64,000 nt of DNA. Origin: a virus. The stretch lies in IMG/VR virus record IMGVR_UViG_3300023440_000002, positions 32,001 to 96,000 of that record. One strand, given 5' to 3'. Shown here piece after piece: positions 39,493 to 50,205 of the stretch; position 1 is the stretch's first letter; each line of letters opens with the position of its first letter. The translations under genes were made by a program, and so were the position numbers. The notes beneath the pieces were generated by a model. The model saw nothing but the letters and a program-made list of their open reading frames with translations. It had not been told where the DNA came from and did not search any database.

Positions 39493-39978
39493 CCCCTTAA
39501 GGACAATAATTAAAAATAGGCGTGATTGCCAAGATTAGTACTATTATCGGTTTATTTTCAAATAACTTTAGCGGTTTCTTATTATTTCTTCTACACCCTC
39601 AAAAGAAATAAATACCTCCTTAAGGATAATAATTAAAAAAATCGAAAACCATGCCAGTTATGTCGAACTGAACATCTAAAGCGTGGAATAAAATACAACC
39701 GATAAAACAAACAGTCAAGTGAATAACCGCCCCTCCTATAAATTCAGCCATCACGATACCTTCTTTCTTGTTAGGTGGTAAAGATTACAGTTAGGGCAAA
39801 GGTAAGGTTCTTGGTCGCTTTTATATAAATAAAAAGCCAAAACCGCTGCATCCTCTGCCTCTTCTTTTGTTGCTAGAGTTTTCTTGTTCCAGCACATTTT
39901 ACTTCTTGCTTTGAACTTATTTGATTTCTTCCTAAAACCAGACACTTTAACCTCCTAGCTGTCCTTATAATGTTAAGT

Positions 39979-40719
39979 TTAGTACACTGAGGGTGTTTTA
40001 TTTATGTAGTTTACGCTAAAAATATCCATAGATGGCCATAAAATACCCGAAAGCTTCCTTCCATGGCTAGTATCTACACAAACTGCAAACTTTTCTTTGT
40101 TTTTGGTGAAAAAACGCACGTTTTTCATTGCATTATGGCCATGAAATTGCATATTCACCCCCTTTATTGGAGTAGGTGCCCCTCTATTCCAACAAAGACT
40201 GTAATCCTCCATGGTGTTTACTTTTTTTAGTTTTTCAAATCCATAAACAGGATTGATAGGTGCATGGGTAATGATGATTTTACCGAAATTGTCTTCATGT
40301 TCAATAAACAGCGGAAGCCGATTAAGGAACTTAATGTGTTTTTTTGGGATTAAATCTACCCCACCATAAGAGTCTACAGTGCTAAACCCCCCATTGCCTT
40401 TCCATACACCCCAGTTGTATTTTTCGTTGTATTTCGGTAAGAAGCCCTCATTATGACCATTAACGAAATCTCGCATTAAGTCTTCGTGGTTTCCTAAAAT
40501 AGCTTTTGCGTCTTTTTCAGCAGAAAAGAATTCTAAAACCTTGTTAGATTCGCTACCCCTGTCAACCATATCCCCTACAGATACGACAGTAAAATCCCCA
40601 CAAGCTTTTCTTGCCATATCCATAAGCATCTCTAGTTCGGTAAACCGACCAGCAATATCACCTATTATTAGTATGTTATCTTTCACTTTCACCTTCCTTG
40701 TAGATAGTCGCCGCGCCAT
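39979..40719 (-). CDS. Ser/Thr protein phosphatase-like metallophosphoesterase
   Basis: GDIAG, GDMVDRG, GNHE, HA, HGHN and VDT motifs. Confidence 0.85.
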   Translation of the reverse strand: MARRLSTRKVKVKDNILIIGDIAGRFTELEMLMDMARKACGDFTVVSVGDMVDRGSESNKVLEFFSAEKDAKAILGNHEDLMRDFVNGHNEGFLPKYNEKYNWGVWKGNGGFSTVDSYGGVDLIPKKHIKFLNRLPLFIEHEDNFGKIIITHAPINPVYGFEKLKKVNTMEDYSLCWNRGAPTPIKGVNMQFHGHNAMKNVRFFTKNKEKFAVCVDTSHGRKLSGILWPSMDIFSVNYINKTPSVY

Positions 40720-41401
40720 CTATGGTTTCATGTGGCACAGTAGAACCTCTACTATACCTATCGGTTTTTTTGTTAGAAACTTTAATGTTATTTTCTTTTA
40801 TTGCTGAATTGTACCCTGCATAAAAACCCTGAGTGTAAGCTGTTTCGATATCTTCAAAACCTACATTCGCGATAACTCGCTTCCAGGCATCACACGATTT
40901 GATCCATAACCACATCTTAAATTTATTTTTTGACACCCTTTTCTCCTAACCTTTTATCTAGCTCTATAGCCAAATACGTACCCACAAAAGCCCCGGCAAT
41001 TGCCGCAGGTGCTTGTTCTGGATTACTAACAAAACCAGTAATAATAAAAACATTTGCCGCCATTATTAACATGGCATAGGCACTAGAAGCGAAAGATTTA
41101 CCTTCAGCTGCCGCCCTTGTATAAAAAGCAAAGAAAAAATCCAACAAAACTACCGCAAAAAAAGCAATTAAATGTTCCATCATGCGGCAATATCCCCCTC
41201 GTCTTTATTTTTTATGGTTGAAGCAACCCACAACTTCCAAAAAAAGAAATAATAATATTTAAAGTAAACAGAGTCGATAATCTCGACATAATTAGACATA
41301 TCCAATATAACCCCATCACCAACCTTAGGCGAAGAACCCCAAATCGGTGTTTTTATGATAGAGATGCCGGGTATGGTAGCTTCTGCTTTCCAAATATTCA
41401 T
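40676..41401 (-). other. Three small hypothetical genes (40676-40936, 40923-41183 membrane protein, 41180-41401)
   Basis: Overlapping stop/start codons; the middle ORF has three hydrophobic segments. Confidence 0.55.
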
Positions 41402-41539
41402 AAATAATACCTTTACCAGTAAAAAGGTTCAACTTAATCGCAGAATAGCACTTTAAACCTAATATTGAAAGGGAAATAATCCTCAAAAGCCTTATTCTGG
41501 GTTTTATTATTATATATAACAATAACGGTAACTTATAAT

Positions 41540-42010
41540 ATGGCACAATCACAATTAAGAACAGCCCCAAATATGACGTTAAAGGTTTCTTATGGCAGAT
41601 CAGAAGCTGCTGAAAAAACAATAGGTTACGCTCAAAACTTATCTTTTAGTCAAACCTTAGGTCAGAAATCTATCTACACTGTTGATTCTCCTTTTATTCA
41701 AGAGATAGCTCAAGGTGCTGCACCTAGCGCAATACGAGGCACCGTCACATTATTTATGCCTAAAGGGTCAGATCCGGTAAGGGCCGGACTGGTAACTCCA
41801 GCGACAAATATAGAAAAAAAAGACGGAGTTCCTTTGCAAGTAGCTAGCCAGTTTTTAAACTGGCGCTTTTATGATAGATTTACTCAAGAATTAGCGTTTG
41901 CTCTTAATTTCGTAAAAGTTTCCAGCTGGTCCGTTTCAGTGTCAGCAAAAAGAACTGTTCAGGTATCTTTAAATTTCGAAGGTATTTTTTATGAACAAGG
42001 AACCCAATAA
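41540..42010 (+). CDS. Tail tube-like protein
   Basis: 156 aa, beta-rich, 'IGYAQNLSFSQ...IYTVDS...EI'; first gene after CCTAATATT. Confidence 0.55.
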   Translation: MAQSQLRTAPNMTLKVSYGRSEAAEKTIGYAQNLSFSQTLGQKSIYTVDSPFIQEIAQGAAPSAIRGTVTLFMPKGSDPVRAGLVTPATNIEKKDGVPLQVASQFLNWRFYDRFTQELAFALNFVKVSSWSVSVSAKRTVQVSLNFEGIFYEQGTQ

Positions 42011-42073
42011 TCACACCAAAAAGTCAATTATTATCCTAATATTTACATTGACTAAACTGTAAGGTACAGATAA

Positions 42074-45000
42074 ATGAGTGTAAAAAGAAGACTAACAGGT
42101 TACAGCGGAATGAGAGTCGATTGGCCTCATATCCGATCTATTGAATCATCTATTTCGTTCGACTTTGATAGTGTTTTGCGTGGTATGGTTACCGGGCTGG
42201 ATTCTCCTTATCTAGTTCGAGGGTTTGAGATTCAAATACCTGACGCCGCAGTCAACGCTAATAGCCTACAGATTGAAGTGGCTGATACGGCCGTCTTACA
42301 TTCGACTGCCGGAGAATCAGGGACAATTTTTACTATCCCTAACGGAACCCCATCAGACGCACTAAACAACTCGAACAGTAGAGTTGTCGGATCTTTTCAA
42401 AGTGGAGTTCCAAATTATGTAAGTGTCGAGCTGGTTAGAGTTACAGATCCGGACTCAGCCGACCAAACAGCTGGATGGTCAGAAGCGCAAAAAACAGAAT
42501 TTCAAAGAACTGTTCCTATTGGGACAATGCTCGACTATCGCTATATTATCACAACTAGCGGCTTTTCAACAAACCTCCCACTTTACATTATCGGAGTTTC
42601 CTCTACAGGAGCCGTAGATTATATTCAAAACAGCCGGACCAATCTTTTTCGTTTAGGTAAAGGTGGCACAGTGCCGGACCCTTACTCTACTTTTGATTTT
42701 GGTGGGACCGGTAATGCACAATCACCCACTTCACCAAGAAGAGAGTGGATCAACCAAAACACAACAATAAACCCGAACCCTGTAGTTGTTACTCCTGGAG
42801 ATGACATTGCGGCGTTTCGTTACGGTGATTTTTCCATCACATCCTTAAAAGAATGGATGGATGCAATAATGACCCGAATTAAAGAAATTACGGGTTCTAG
42901 TTATTGGTACACAGACAGCACCCTTTTAGGTGATTCGATTAATACGTTTGATTTGTGGTGGGACTCTGTAGGTTCGGTTATGACCGGGGCGGGACAGATA
43001 TCTTATAATTTAATCATGGAAATAACATCGCTTTCAAGTGGAGCGTTGCAAACATCCTTTACCGACTCTAACGTTCTCCCTGGCGACAGCTACATCGAAG
43101 GTGCTATATCTGGCAATAAAGCAACATTACAAGCTTTTAATAATAATCAGCTAGTAATAAACTCTCTAATTAGAGAAGAGTTTGTTTATGATGAAGAACT
43201 AAGAAACCGAAGAATATGGCGACCTAACGCTTCTATTTTTGAAATAGATGATGATTCTGATCCGAATGCAGGTGAAAGGTACGGCGTAGTAAAAAGAGTT
43301 TCCACTGCTTCACTGTCTGGTCCCTTTTCTATTTCTTCCTGGGCATTTACTGGTAATATTATCACTATCAATACTGCGTCATCTCACGGGTATGAAGTAG
43401 GTGATTACGCATTAATTGAGAATCTAGAGCATACGGCTATACCTGCCGAGCTTAACAAGTTATTACCAAACGGGGTTCATCTCGTTAAACAAATAACAAG
43501 CCCAACTCAATTTCAATTTACAGCCCAGTTTACCCCTTTAGGTACCCCATCAACCGGAGGTGCACCTAAAACAAGTAAAGATAGCAGTGACTTCCACCCT
43601 TTTATGCCTAGATTTGCTGTAGAAAATTGGGATGTTGTGGGTTCCGAAGTGTTCTTTACTATTCCAGGGCATAGCTTTAAAGCTGGCGACGATATCGTCA
43701 TTAGCGGGACAACCGCTGCGACTAACGCCCCAAATGGAAGATTCCTAGGCATAAGTGTAGAGCCTGATTTAAAAATAAAAGTGGACGTAACGGGGGTTGA
43801 ACCTACTGTCCCTTCCATTACAGGTAACGAGATTTGCCGTGCCGACAAATACGAATTCCTACTTACTGTAGGTGGAACACAACCGGACACTTACGAAGTT
43901 AATAATATAGTAGCTACAGCCTGGTCTGACGCTCAATTATCTTACCTTATTGGTCCAGACACTTTACCTTCACAACCCACAGCGTCTGGGGCTATAATTT
44001 TAGATGGAGTTGTTGCCTCTACAACAGTGGCCAATCCAGTAAAAGTACTTCGAGTTGATAATGATGGATCAGGTAATCTATTAATATCCACAAGTGCAGC
44101 TCACGGACTATCAACAAATGCAGGACCTTTAACTTATACTATTTACGGCGACCAGTCTCTTTCCACCTACATCAGAACTTATGAAAATATGGGAATCAAC
44201 ACTATCAATAAAAGTATTGTTGGTATTGTTAAGGGTGGATTAAAGGCTAAGTCAACACTATCAATAACAAACAATACTTTTGATGGTGGAGAAACAGTAG
44301 AAATTAATACTGTGGATTTCACTGAAACTACAAATTGGGCTGTCGGAGTGGACGCCGATGCAACGGCCGTCAATATAGCCGCAGCCATAAACGCAAGTGT
44401 CGATATTTCTATTGCCGGTATTGTAACCGCAACCCCAATAGGAAGCACTGTCGAAATCGAAGCAGATCTGGAGGGGGTTAGTGGTAACTCTATAATGTCG
44501 ATTGTAACCAATGAAGGGGTTACAACTAACTTGCAATTCAGTTCGACTACACTAACGGGTGGGTACAGTTTCTTAGAAGTAACAACAACAACACCTCACG
44601 GGTTTTTTGTTGGTAATGAGATAGAAGTAACCGGCAATGCGGAAGTTGCGTTTAATTCGACATTCACACTAGACTCTATTTTAAGTGCTACGTCTTTTAG
44701 GTTAAATTTTGGCGGAAACGGAACACAAACATCTCAATTAGGCGGGTCTGTCGAAAATAACAGTCAATTCCAGTTGGTACCTATAGCTCCAGACGGAACA
44801 TTAATCACACCTCCTCCGTTTAGTTATGTTAACCCTGGGAATGAAGACACTTATGCTAGATTCCCTGATAATCCATACCCTGGTCCGATCCAATGGAATA
44901 AAGATATCTTTGTTAAAGGTATCGTTGGTGATAGGTATTTCAGAGTACCTCAAACAGCTTTAGCTACCGGCACAGCCCTAGCAAATAGATTTAACATTAA

Positions 45001-47227
45001 TGGGCTAACCGGAACTGCATTCTTGCAAGATGGGGAGGTTGCATACATAAACCTTGAGAGAGGTGGATTAACAAGCAATGGCGACTCCTACGAAATGTCG
45101 GGAAGTTTCACTATTATCGGTGCTACCCCTCCTGTTGATGAAGCTGGATCACCTCTAGTTTCTGGAGATTTCGTAAGGTTTGAATCTGATTCTGAAGCTC
45201 GCTGGCTTAGAATTGCGGGCACTTATGGGGTTCCTGTACTAACCAACACCTTTATTTTAGAGTCCGACAACGGACAGCCACCAACTCAAGATCAAAGACC
45301 CGCAGCTACCGGCAGGTTGATTTACGCTAAGACTACATATGACGAAGTTATTGTTAAACCTCACTGGGAAGTTACCCCTTCTCCAGATATTTACTGGTTA
45401 GCGGTAAGAAGAGATAATGGATCTGCTAAGTCTAAGATATACTTTAAAGGTTTGGAGTTGGAGCAAGGTGAAACTCGCGAAATTAACGACAACGAATTGA
45501 GCAATCACTTAATCTATACTGGAGCTAAAACAGAAGCGGCAATTAACCCTAATTACACAGTAATCGACTCGACCGGTAACTATGGACCTTCACAATCTCT
45601 AGTTGTAGGATCAAATATAGAAGATATTGATGTAAAAACAAAACAAATAACATTTAACGAAGGTCCAGAATTAGGTTTTGAAGCTGAAGATAAACTAACT
45701 TTCACTCATCCAGTTAGTTCACTTCCAATAACTTACATCATCAACTTTCTTATTAGTAGTAGAACTGTCGTAGTAAAAGAAGATATTTCTGATTTAACTT
45801 TAAGTCAAGATGTTCTTTTTATTAGAGATAATTATAAAATAGAAGATGCGGATAACCTAACTTTAGCTGTTAGAAAATCAGATAGAGAATCCGCAAGAAT
45901 CAACACGTCACTGGAAAGACCGGTTTATGATGAAAGTGTTTTTCCGGTACAAATAAACCTTTCCGGTGTAGGGGTTGTTAAATCGGGTAGCTTTATTTAT
46001 CAAGGACCTGAAGCTAACCCTACAGCGCTAGCTTGGGTTTTACACGGATCTGATGGAGTTACAGAAAAAATAGAATCATTCGACAAAAACATGCCGGGAG
46101 GTCACCCCTCTATAGGGTCAAATGCGATATTGGTTCATGTTTATTCAGGGCCATTCCTTGACACTACCTCGATATTCCAAAATGGGAGCAACACTGGAAG
46201 ATCGGTCGATAATGCCGGAAATCCAGACTTTGGCAGTCCTGAGTTGGCTGGAGGGAGCAATGGAATTGAATTGGTTTTACCTCCAAACAGAAGAACAAAA
46301 GTTGAAGGTACGGCTATAGTAACTTTCCCTTCTAATTCGATATATAAAGCTAGTGTTGAGGATGGGTTAGCTGGCGAAGAGTTGATGGTCATATCCAACG
46401 ACTCAATACGAGAAGCTAACGTAGATTACGAAGAAACTTTCGGCGGACCTAAAGCTAAAATAAAAATATTAAGAACTATGCCCCCTAGCACTAAACTAAG
46501 GTTTAGAGTTATGGCTGCTTTCGGTAGCGCCCTAGCTAAACTTGCAGGAAACGTAACGCTCCAGTTAGCTTATGATGGCGGTAGGATTATTTCCACCATA
46601 TCCGGAACTCCAGTTGATATTAGAGCGGGAGATGCAGTGACGGGAGGGTCAGCTCTTGTAACTAGAGGTTCTGTTGAAATCAACGGGCAAGGTTCCTCTT
46701 CGACAGATATAGTTGGTGGAATTTTCGGGCCAAGAACCCCAATCAATCAAGATCAAGCTTTTTTGATCGGAAGAGAGAATAATAAACCAAAAGAATCATG
46801 GAAAGGAGAAGATTATGTTAAATCACATTCAGGTTACACTGGCTCAGCTTGGGTACGTAAAACTGGAGCAGGTACTTCTACTGGCTCTAGTTCTTTCCCT
46901 TTGGTTAGTACCGGGTTAAGCACTGCCGTTAAAGTAGAGACAGGTAAATCAGCTAGAATAAAAATGAATGCTACAGCTAGAAGGACTGATGGAGACTTAG
47001 GAATAGCTTCTTTTGAGATAGAGGGGACATTCTATAATGACGGAACACTGAAAGCGGCCGGAAGCCCAACAACTACACATCTCGGAGGTGCAGGTGACGG
47101 AGACTTCTATGCTGTAAGTTTCGGGATTATAGGTGATGATGTTGTTTTAGTTGTTTTTGGAACTAACGGATCTACAATCCAGTGGGTTGTAGGTATGGAT
47201 TATCAAATCCTGGAGGATAGCCTCTAA
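42074..47227 (+). CDS. Large baseplate/tail structural protein
   Basis: 1717 aa, beta-rich, with repeated 'T...HG...GD.I.I.G' modules also seen in 1596..8291. Confidence 0.7.
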   Translation: MSVKRRLTGYSGMRVDWPHIRSIESSISFDFDSVLRGMVTGLDSPYLVRGFEIQIPDAAVNANSLQIEVADTAVLHSTAGESGTIFTIPNGTPSDALNNSNSRVVGSFQSGVPNYVSVELVRVTDPDSADQTAGWSEAQKTEFQRTVPIGTMLDYRYIITTSGFSTNLPLYIIGVSSTGAVDYIQNSRTNLFRLGKGGTVPDPYSTFDFGGTGNAQSPTSPRREWINQNTTINPNPVVVTPGDDIAAFRYGDFSITSLKEWMDAIMTRIKEITGSSYWYTDSTLLGDSINTFDLWWDSVGSVMTGAGQISYNLIMEITSLSSGALQTSFTDSNVLPGDSYIEGAISGNKATLQAFNNNQLVINSLIREEFVYDEELRNRRIWRPNASIFEIDDDSDPNAGERYGVVKRVSTASLSGPFSISSWAFTGNIITINTASSHGYEVGDYALIENLEHTAIPAELNKLLPNGVHLVKQITSPTQFQFTAQFTPLGTPSTGGAPKTSKDSSDFHPFMPRFAVENWDVVGSEVFFTIPGHSFKAGDDIVISGTTAATNAPNGRFLGISVEPDLKIKVDVTGVEPTVPSITGNEICRADKYEFLLTVGGTQPDTYEVNNIVATAWSDAQLSYLIGPDTLPSQPTASGAIILDGVVASTTVANPVKVLRVDNDGSGNLLISTSAAHGLSTNAGPLTYTIYGDQSLSTYIRTYENMGINTINKSIVGIVKGGLKAKSTLSITNNTFDGGETVEINTVDFTETTNWAVGVDADATAVNIAAAINASVDISIAGIVTATPIGSTVEIEADLEGVSGNSIMSIVTNEGVTTNLQFSSTTLTGGYSFLEVTTTTPHGFFVGNEIEVTGNAEVAFNSTFTLDSILSATSFRLNFGGNGTQTSQLGGSVENNSQFQLVPIAPDGTLITPPPFSYVNPGNEDTYARFPDNPYPGPIQWNKDIFVKGIVGDRYFRVPQTALATGTALANRFNINGLTGTAFLQDGEVAYINLERGGLTSNGDSYEMSGSFTIIGATPPVDEAGSPLVSGDFVRFESDSEARWLRIAGTYGVPVLTNTFILESDNGQPPTQDQRPAATGRLIYAKTTYDEVIVKPHWEVTPSPDIYWLAVRRDNGSAKSKIYFKGLELEQGETREINDNELSNHLIYTGAKTEAAINPNYTVIDSTGNYGPSQSLVVGSNIEDIDVKTKQITFNEGPELGFEAEDKLTFTHPVSSLPITYIINFLISSRTVVVKEDISDLTLSQDVLFIRDNYKIEDADNLTLAVRKSDRESARINTSLERPVYDESVFPVQINLSGVGVVKSGSFIYQGPEANPTALAWVLHGSDGVTEKIESFDKNMPGGHPSIGSNAILVHVYSGPFLDTTSIFQNGSNTGRSVDNAGNPDFGSPELAGGSNGIELVLPPNRRTKVEGTAIVTFPSNSIYKASVEDGLAGEELMVISNDSIREANVDYEETFGGPKAKIKILRTMPPSTKLRFRVMAAFGSALAKLAGNVTLQLAYDGGRIISTISGTPVDIRAGDAVTGGSALVTRGSVEINGQGSSSTDIVGGIFGPRTPINQDQAFLIGRENNKPKESWKGEDYVKSHSGYTGSAWVRKTGAGTSTGSSSFPLVSTGLSTAVKVETGKSARIKMNATARRTDGDLGIASFEIEGTFYNDGTLKAAGSPTTTHLGGAGDGDFYAVSFGIIGDDVVLVVFGTNGSTIQWVVGMDYQILEDSL

Positions 47228-47913
47228 TGGCAATAGCTAAAGTATCTGGTTTAAAAATTGGACCAGATAACATTAACAGTAAAAATTTAGAATGCGAAGT
47301 GTTCTCTTTTGATCGGAAACCTAAAGATGGCACCCCGGCAACGTTAGAGTGGGCTTCTGGTACCACGTACAATACAGGTGATGCGGTATTATTTGAAGAG
47401 ATTAGTTACAATTCACTTACGAATTCAAATAACGGTAATCAACCTGACACTTCACCTTTAAATTGGGTTGTTGTTGACGGGAAGGATGGCGATTTATGGA
47501 TTCAGGTTCCTGCCGGTGGATTTCCGGCTGGAGGTGGAGATACCGAAATTTACATCAAAAACTTCACTGTTTGGCGACCTTTAAGTGGATCTAACCCAAA
47601 AACTATAAGTTTGGTTGACGGACAAACCACCGAAGCTACAGCTTTTGAATTCCCTTCCGGTTTTTTACCGTATGCGACTATAGAATACACTGTACGCAGG
47701 GGTAGTGGACACGGAAGAAAAAGAAAAGGTGTGTTTAATATTCTTAACGCAAACGCAGACCCTGAATTTACTCACGAACTATTAGAAATAGGGTCTGATA
47801 TTAACGTACCTTTTAGTGTTGACTATTCAGGTGGAAAAATAAGATTAAGGTATACTTCCGTACTTGAAAGTTCGGCAATAGAGTTAAGGTTCCTACTTAA
47901 AGGGTGGCAATAA
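47227..47913 (+). CDS. Tail-associated protein with CBM-like motif
   Basis: 'WASGTTYNTGDAVLFEEISYNSL'; coupled to both neighbours. Confidence 0.6.
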   Translation: MAIAKVSGLKIGPDNINSKNLECEVFSFDRKPKDGTPATLEWASGTTYNTGDAVLFEEISYNSLTNSNNGNQPDTSPLNWVVVDGKDGDLWIQVPAGGFPAGGGDTEIYIKNFTVWRPLSGSNPKTISLVDGQTTEATAFEFPSGFLPYATIEYTVRRGSGHGRKRKGVFNILNANADPEFTHELLEIGSDINVPFSVDYSGGKIRLRYTSVLESSAIELRFLLKGWQ

Positions 47914-49151
47914 TGGCACATGACGACACAATAGAAAAAAAGCAAGGTGCTATCAAGGTCAGTGAAACCTACACTGACGAGCAACTAAAAATAATACAAA
48001 ACGCCGTCGGCGAATCTGGTATAAAAACCTTAAGATTGATCATGAATCCGATCAGTGATGCTATTCGGATGAACAACTTTATCCTACATAGTAGCGGGCA
48101 GATTAACTGGACTGGTACCGAAATACAATTCGACAGTGACAGTAAAGGTAATAATATTACACTTAGACTTTTAATGCTAGATGATGAAGCTAACGCAAAA
48201 ACTGTCGATCTGATACTGGAAGGCACTACAGGGGCAAACTCTGCACTTCTCTTTAATTCTATTTCGTTAAATAACCAAGAATTGCTTTATATAGAACTTG
48301 ATCGTCAAAAAATACTAGATGCCGTAAGTGTATCTCCTGGAACGGAACCAGCTAAGATTGTTATTGAAAATGGCGTAAGTGGAGGAGCTATCACCCCAGG
48401 TTCTATCCTGAAAAAGGTTAGTTTATCTGACACTTCCGGTATGCCTTCTATGTTAGCCACTGAAACCACATCCGAGACGGTAAATATACCACTAGTTTCC
48501 CGGTTTGATTGGAGTGATGGGATAACGCCAACAGATTTTCAGGATATTTGGTGGATACCTCACGGAATTAGATGGCCTACAGGAACAAGAAGTGTTCTGG
48601 GTGCCGTTGTAGTTAAGGGGCTAGAAACCTACCCTACAACGTTCGTTAGGAAGCAAGTCGAATTACAGAACGCACTTTTAGATATTAATGTAGCTGCGGA
48701 GGGTGGTATTATATTAGTCAGCGAAAATATCGATATAGACTCAGTAATAACAATCCCTTCTGGCGTTACTTTGCTTTCTAGGGGTTCACCTCAAGACGGG
48801 ACAGTTCCCGCAATTTCCAGTTTAAGGTTAGGTGTAGGGGGTAAGATAATCCTCGAAACAAGATCTAAGCTTTTCAATATTAATATTGAAGCTACATCCG
48901 TTTTCGGAGATGCATTAGAAGAAGATCTTGTTTTGGTTAGCGGCGATAACGTAGAAATAAGAGATTGCGCCTTCAAGTTGGATGTTTCATCTGGAGCGAC
49001 TAAGGCGAATTGCGTGAAAATAACAGGAAGCAATAATAGAATATGGAACTCTAAATTTAGAATTCAAAACATAGCCAACCATGTAGGTATTAGTTATTTC
49101 GCAGGGGCAAATAACGTAGATACTGATTCAATTTTTGATTATACGGTGTAA
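47913..49151 (+). CDS. Tail protein with C-terminal beta-helix-like region
   Basis: 'LQNALLD...GGIILV...ITIPSGVTL' followed by repeated 'V.G.N..I.N..F' strands. Confidence 0.55.
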   Translation: MAHDDTIEKKQGAIKVSETYTDEQLKIIQNAVGESGIKTLRLIMNPISDAIRMNNFILHSSGQINWTGTEIQFDSDSKGNNITLRLLMLDDEANAKTVDLILEGTTGANSALLFNSISLNNQELLYIELDRQKILDAVSVSPGTEPAKIVIENGVSGGAITPGSILKKVSLSDTSGMPSMLATETTSETVNIPLVSRFDWSDGITPTDFQDIWWIPHGIRWPTGTRSVLGAVVVKGLETYPTTFVRKQVELQNALLDINVAAEGGIILVSENIDIDSVITIPSGVTLLSRGSPQDGTVPAISSLRLGVGGKIILETRSKLFNINIEATSVFGDALEEDLVLVSGDNVEIRDCAFKLDVSSGATKANCVKITGSNNRIWNSKFRIQNIANHVGISYFAGANNVDTDSIFDYTV

Positions 49152-49155
49152 TTAA

Positions 49156-49968
49156 ATGGTAGATATAGCACAAAACACAACAGACCTTTTAACAGGTAGC
49201 GTAGCTCAAGAAAAGCTTGTGCCTTTAATGAATGGTGCCGGAATTATACCGGTAGGTGGTATAATTTCTATTATGCCGCACTTAGCCGGCACATCTAATA
49301 TCACAGCGACCACGATAGCTGGACTAGATGGATGGGTTAGATGTAACGGGCAGACCATATCTGACCCTCAAAGCCCAATGAACGGAACAGTTGTCCCTAA
49401 TATTAACAACAGCGTATTTTTGGAAGGACACACCACTTCCGGATCGACTGGCGGGTCTAATTCGAAAACTCTTGCTGTTTCTGAGATACCAACACATAAA
49501 CACGGAATGCTACACAGTCACAATATCAACCATGGACACGGATTAACTATAACATCTAACGCCATCGATAGTTCGCACGCTCATGTCGTAAATTCACACT
49601 CACATGATAGCGGATCTTACGGCGCAAGGATAGGTCAGCACGTCAACTCTATTACCACCCAAATAGCTCTTCAACATAAACCTATGCCTAATTGGACTTC
49701 AAACGTAATAGGTAACGTAATCCTTAATTACAGTTCGGCAGCAATCGCAACTCAATCTTGGGGTGTGGATGTTGCCGGGTTTTCCGGTACCAGCGCTCCT
49801 ACTACTGGGTTCGCAGGTAACTCACCAGCAACAATAACAGGCTCCGTAACGGATATGTCGGGTTTATCAGGCAATTCCCCATCAAACACATCAAACGAAG
49901 GTTCTTCAACTGCTTTTAATATGAGACCTAACTACATTACAACAGTTTACCTTATAAGGATTAAGTAA
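49156..49968 (+). CDS. Tail collar / fibre-tip protein
   Basis: 'PVGGII', 'GWVRCNGQ', 'EIPTHKH', HxH motifs, C-terminal 'RPNYITTVYLIRIK'. Confidence 0.8.
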   Translation: MVDIAQNTTDLLTGSVAQEKLVPLMNGAGIIPVGGIISIMPHLAGTSNITATTIAGLDGWVRCNGQTISDPQSPMNGTVVPNINNSVFLEGHTTSGSTGGSNSKTLAVSEIPTHKHGMLHSHNINHGHGLTITSNAIDSSHAHVVNSHSHDSGSYGARIGQHVNSITTQIALQHKPMPNWTSNVIGNVILNYSSAAIATQSWGVDVAGFSGTSAPTTGFAGNSPATITGSVTDMSGLSGNSPSNTSNEGSSTAFNMRPNYITTVYLIRIK

Positions 49969-50204
49969 TGGAATATAAATTCAAATACAGAAGAAAGTGG
50001 TTTTGGAGGTCTATTAAGATTGCTGGTCACTCTTATCAAGAAAACCAAGACAAGATGGTTTTATACAAAAAAGACGGATCTATAGAAGAGATTCACCACT
50101 GGAAAGATTGCAGCGCCAAGCTGGGCACCGACTGGGTTTTGTTTACTAAAACACAAATGGAAAAACAATCAGGTCAACAAATAAATATAAACCAAGAAGG
50201 TTAA
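49968..50204 (+). CDS. Small protein, paralog of 58222..58440
   Basis: Y.(F/I)KY++.(W/F)FW...I.GH....D+M.L shared between the two. Confidence 0.6.
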   Translation: MEYKFKYRRKWFWRSIKIAGHSYQENQDKMVLYKKDGSIEEIHHWKDCSAKLGTDWVLFTKTQMEKQSGQQININQEG

Positions 50205-50205
50205 A

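Noticed and set aside
39677-39705. TAAAGCGT...ACCGATAA on + as a sigma-28 promoter
   Set aside because: 13-nt spacer, weak -35 box, and opposite orientation to the surrounding genes.
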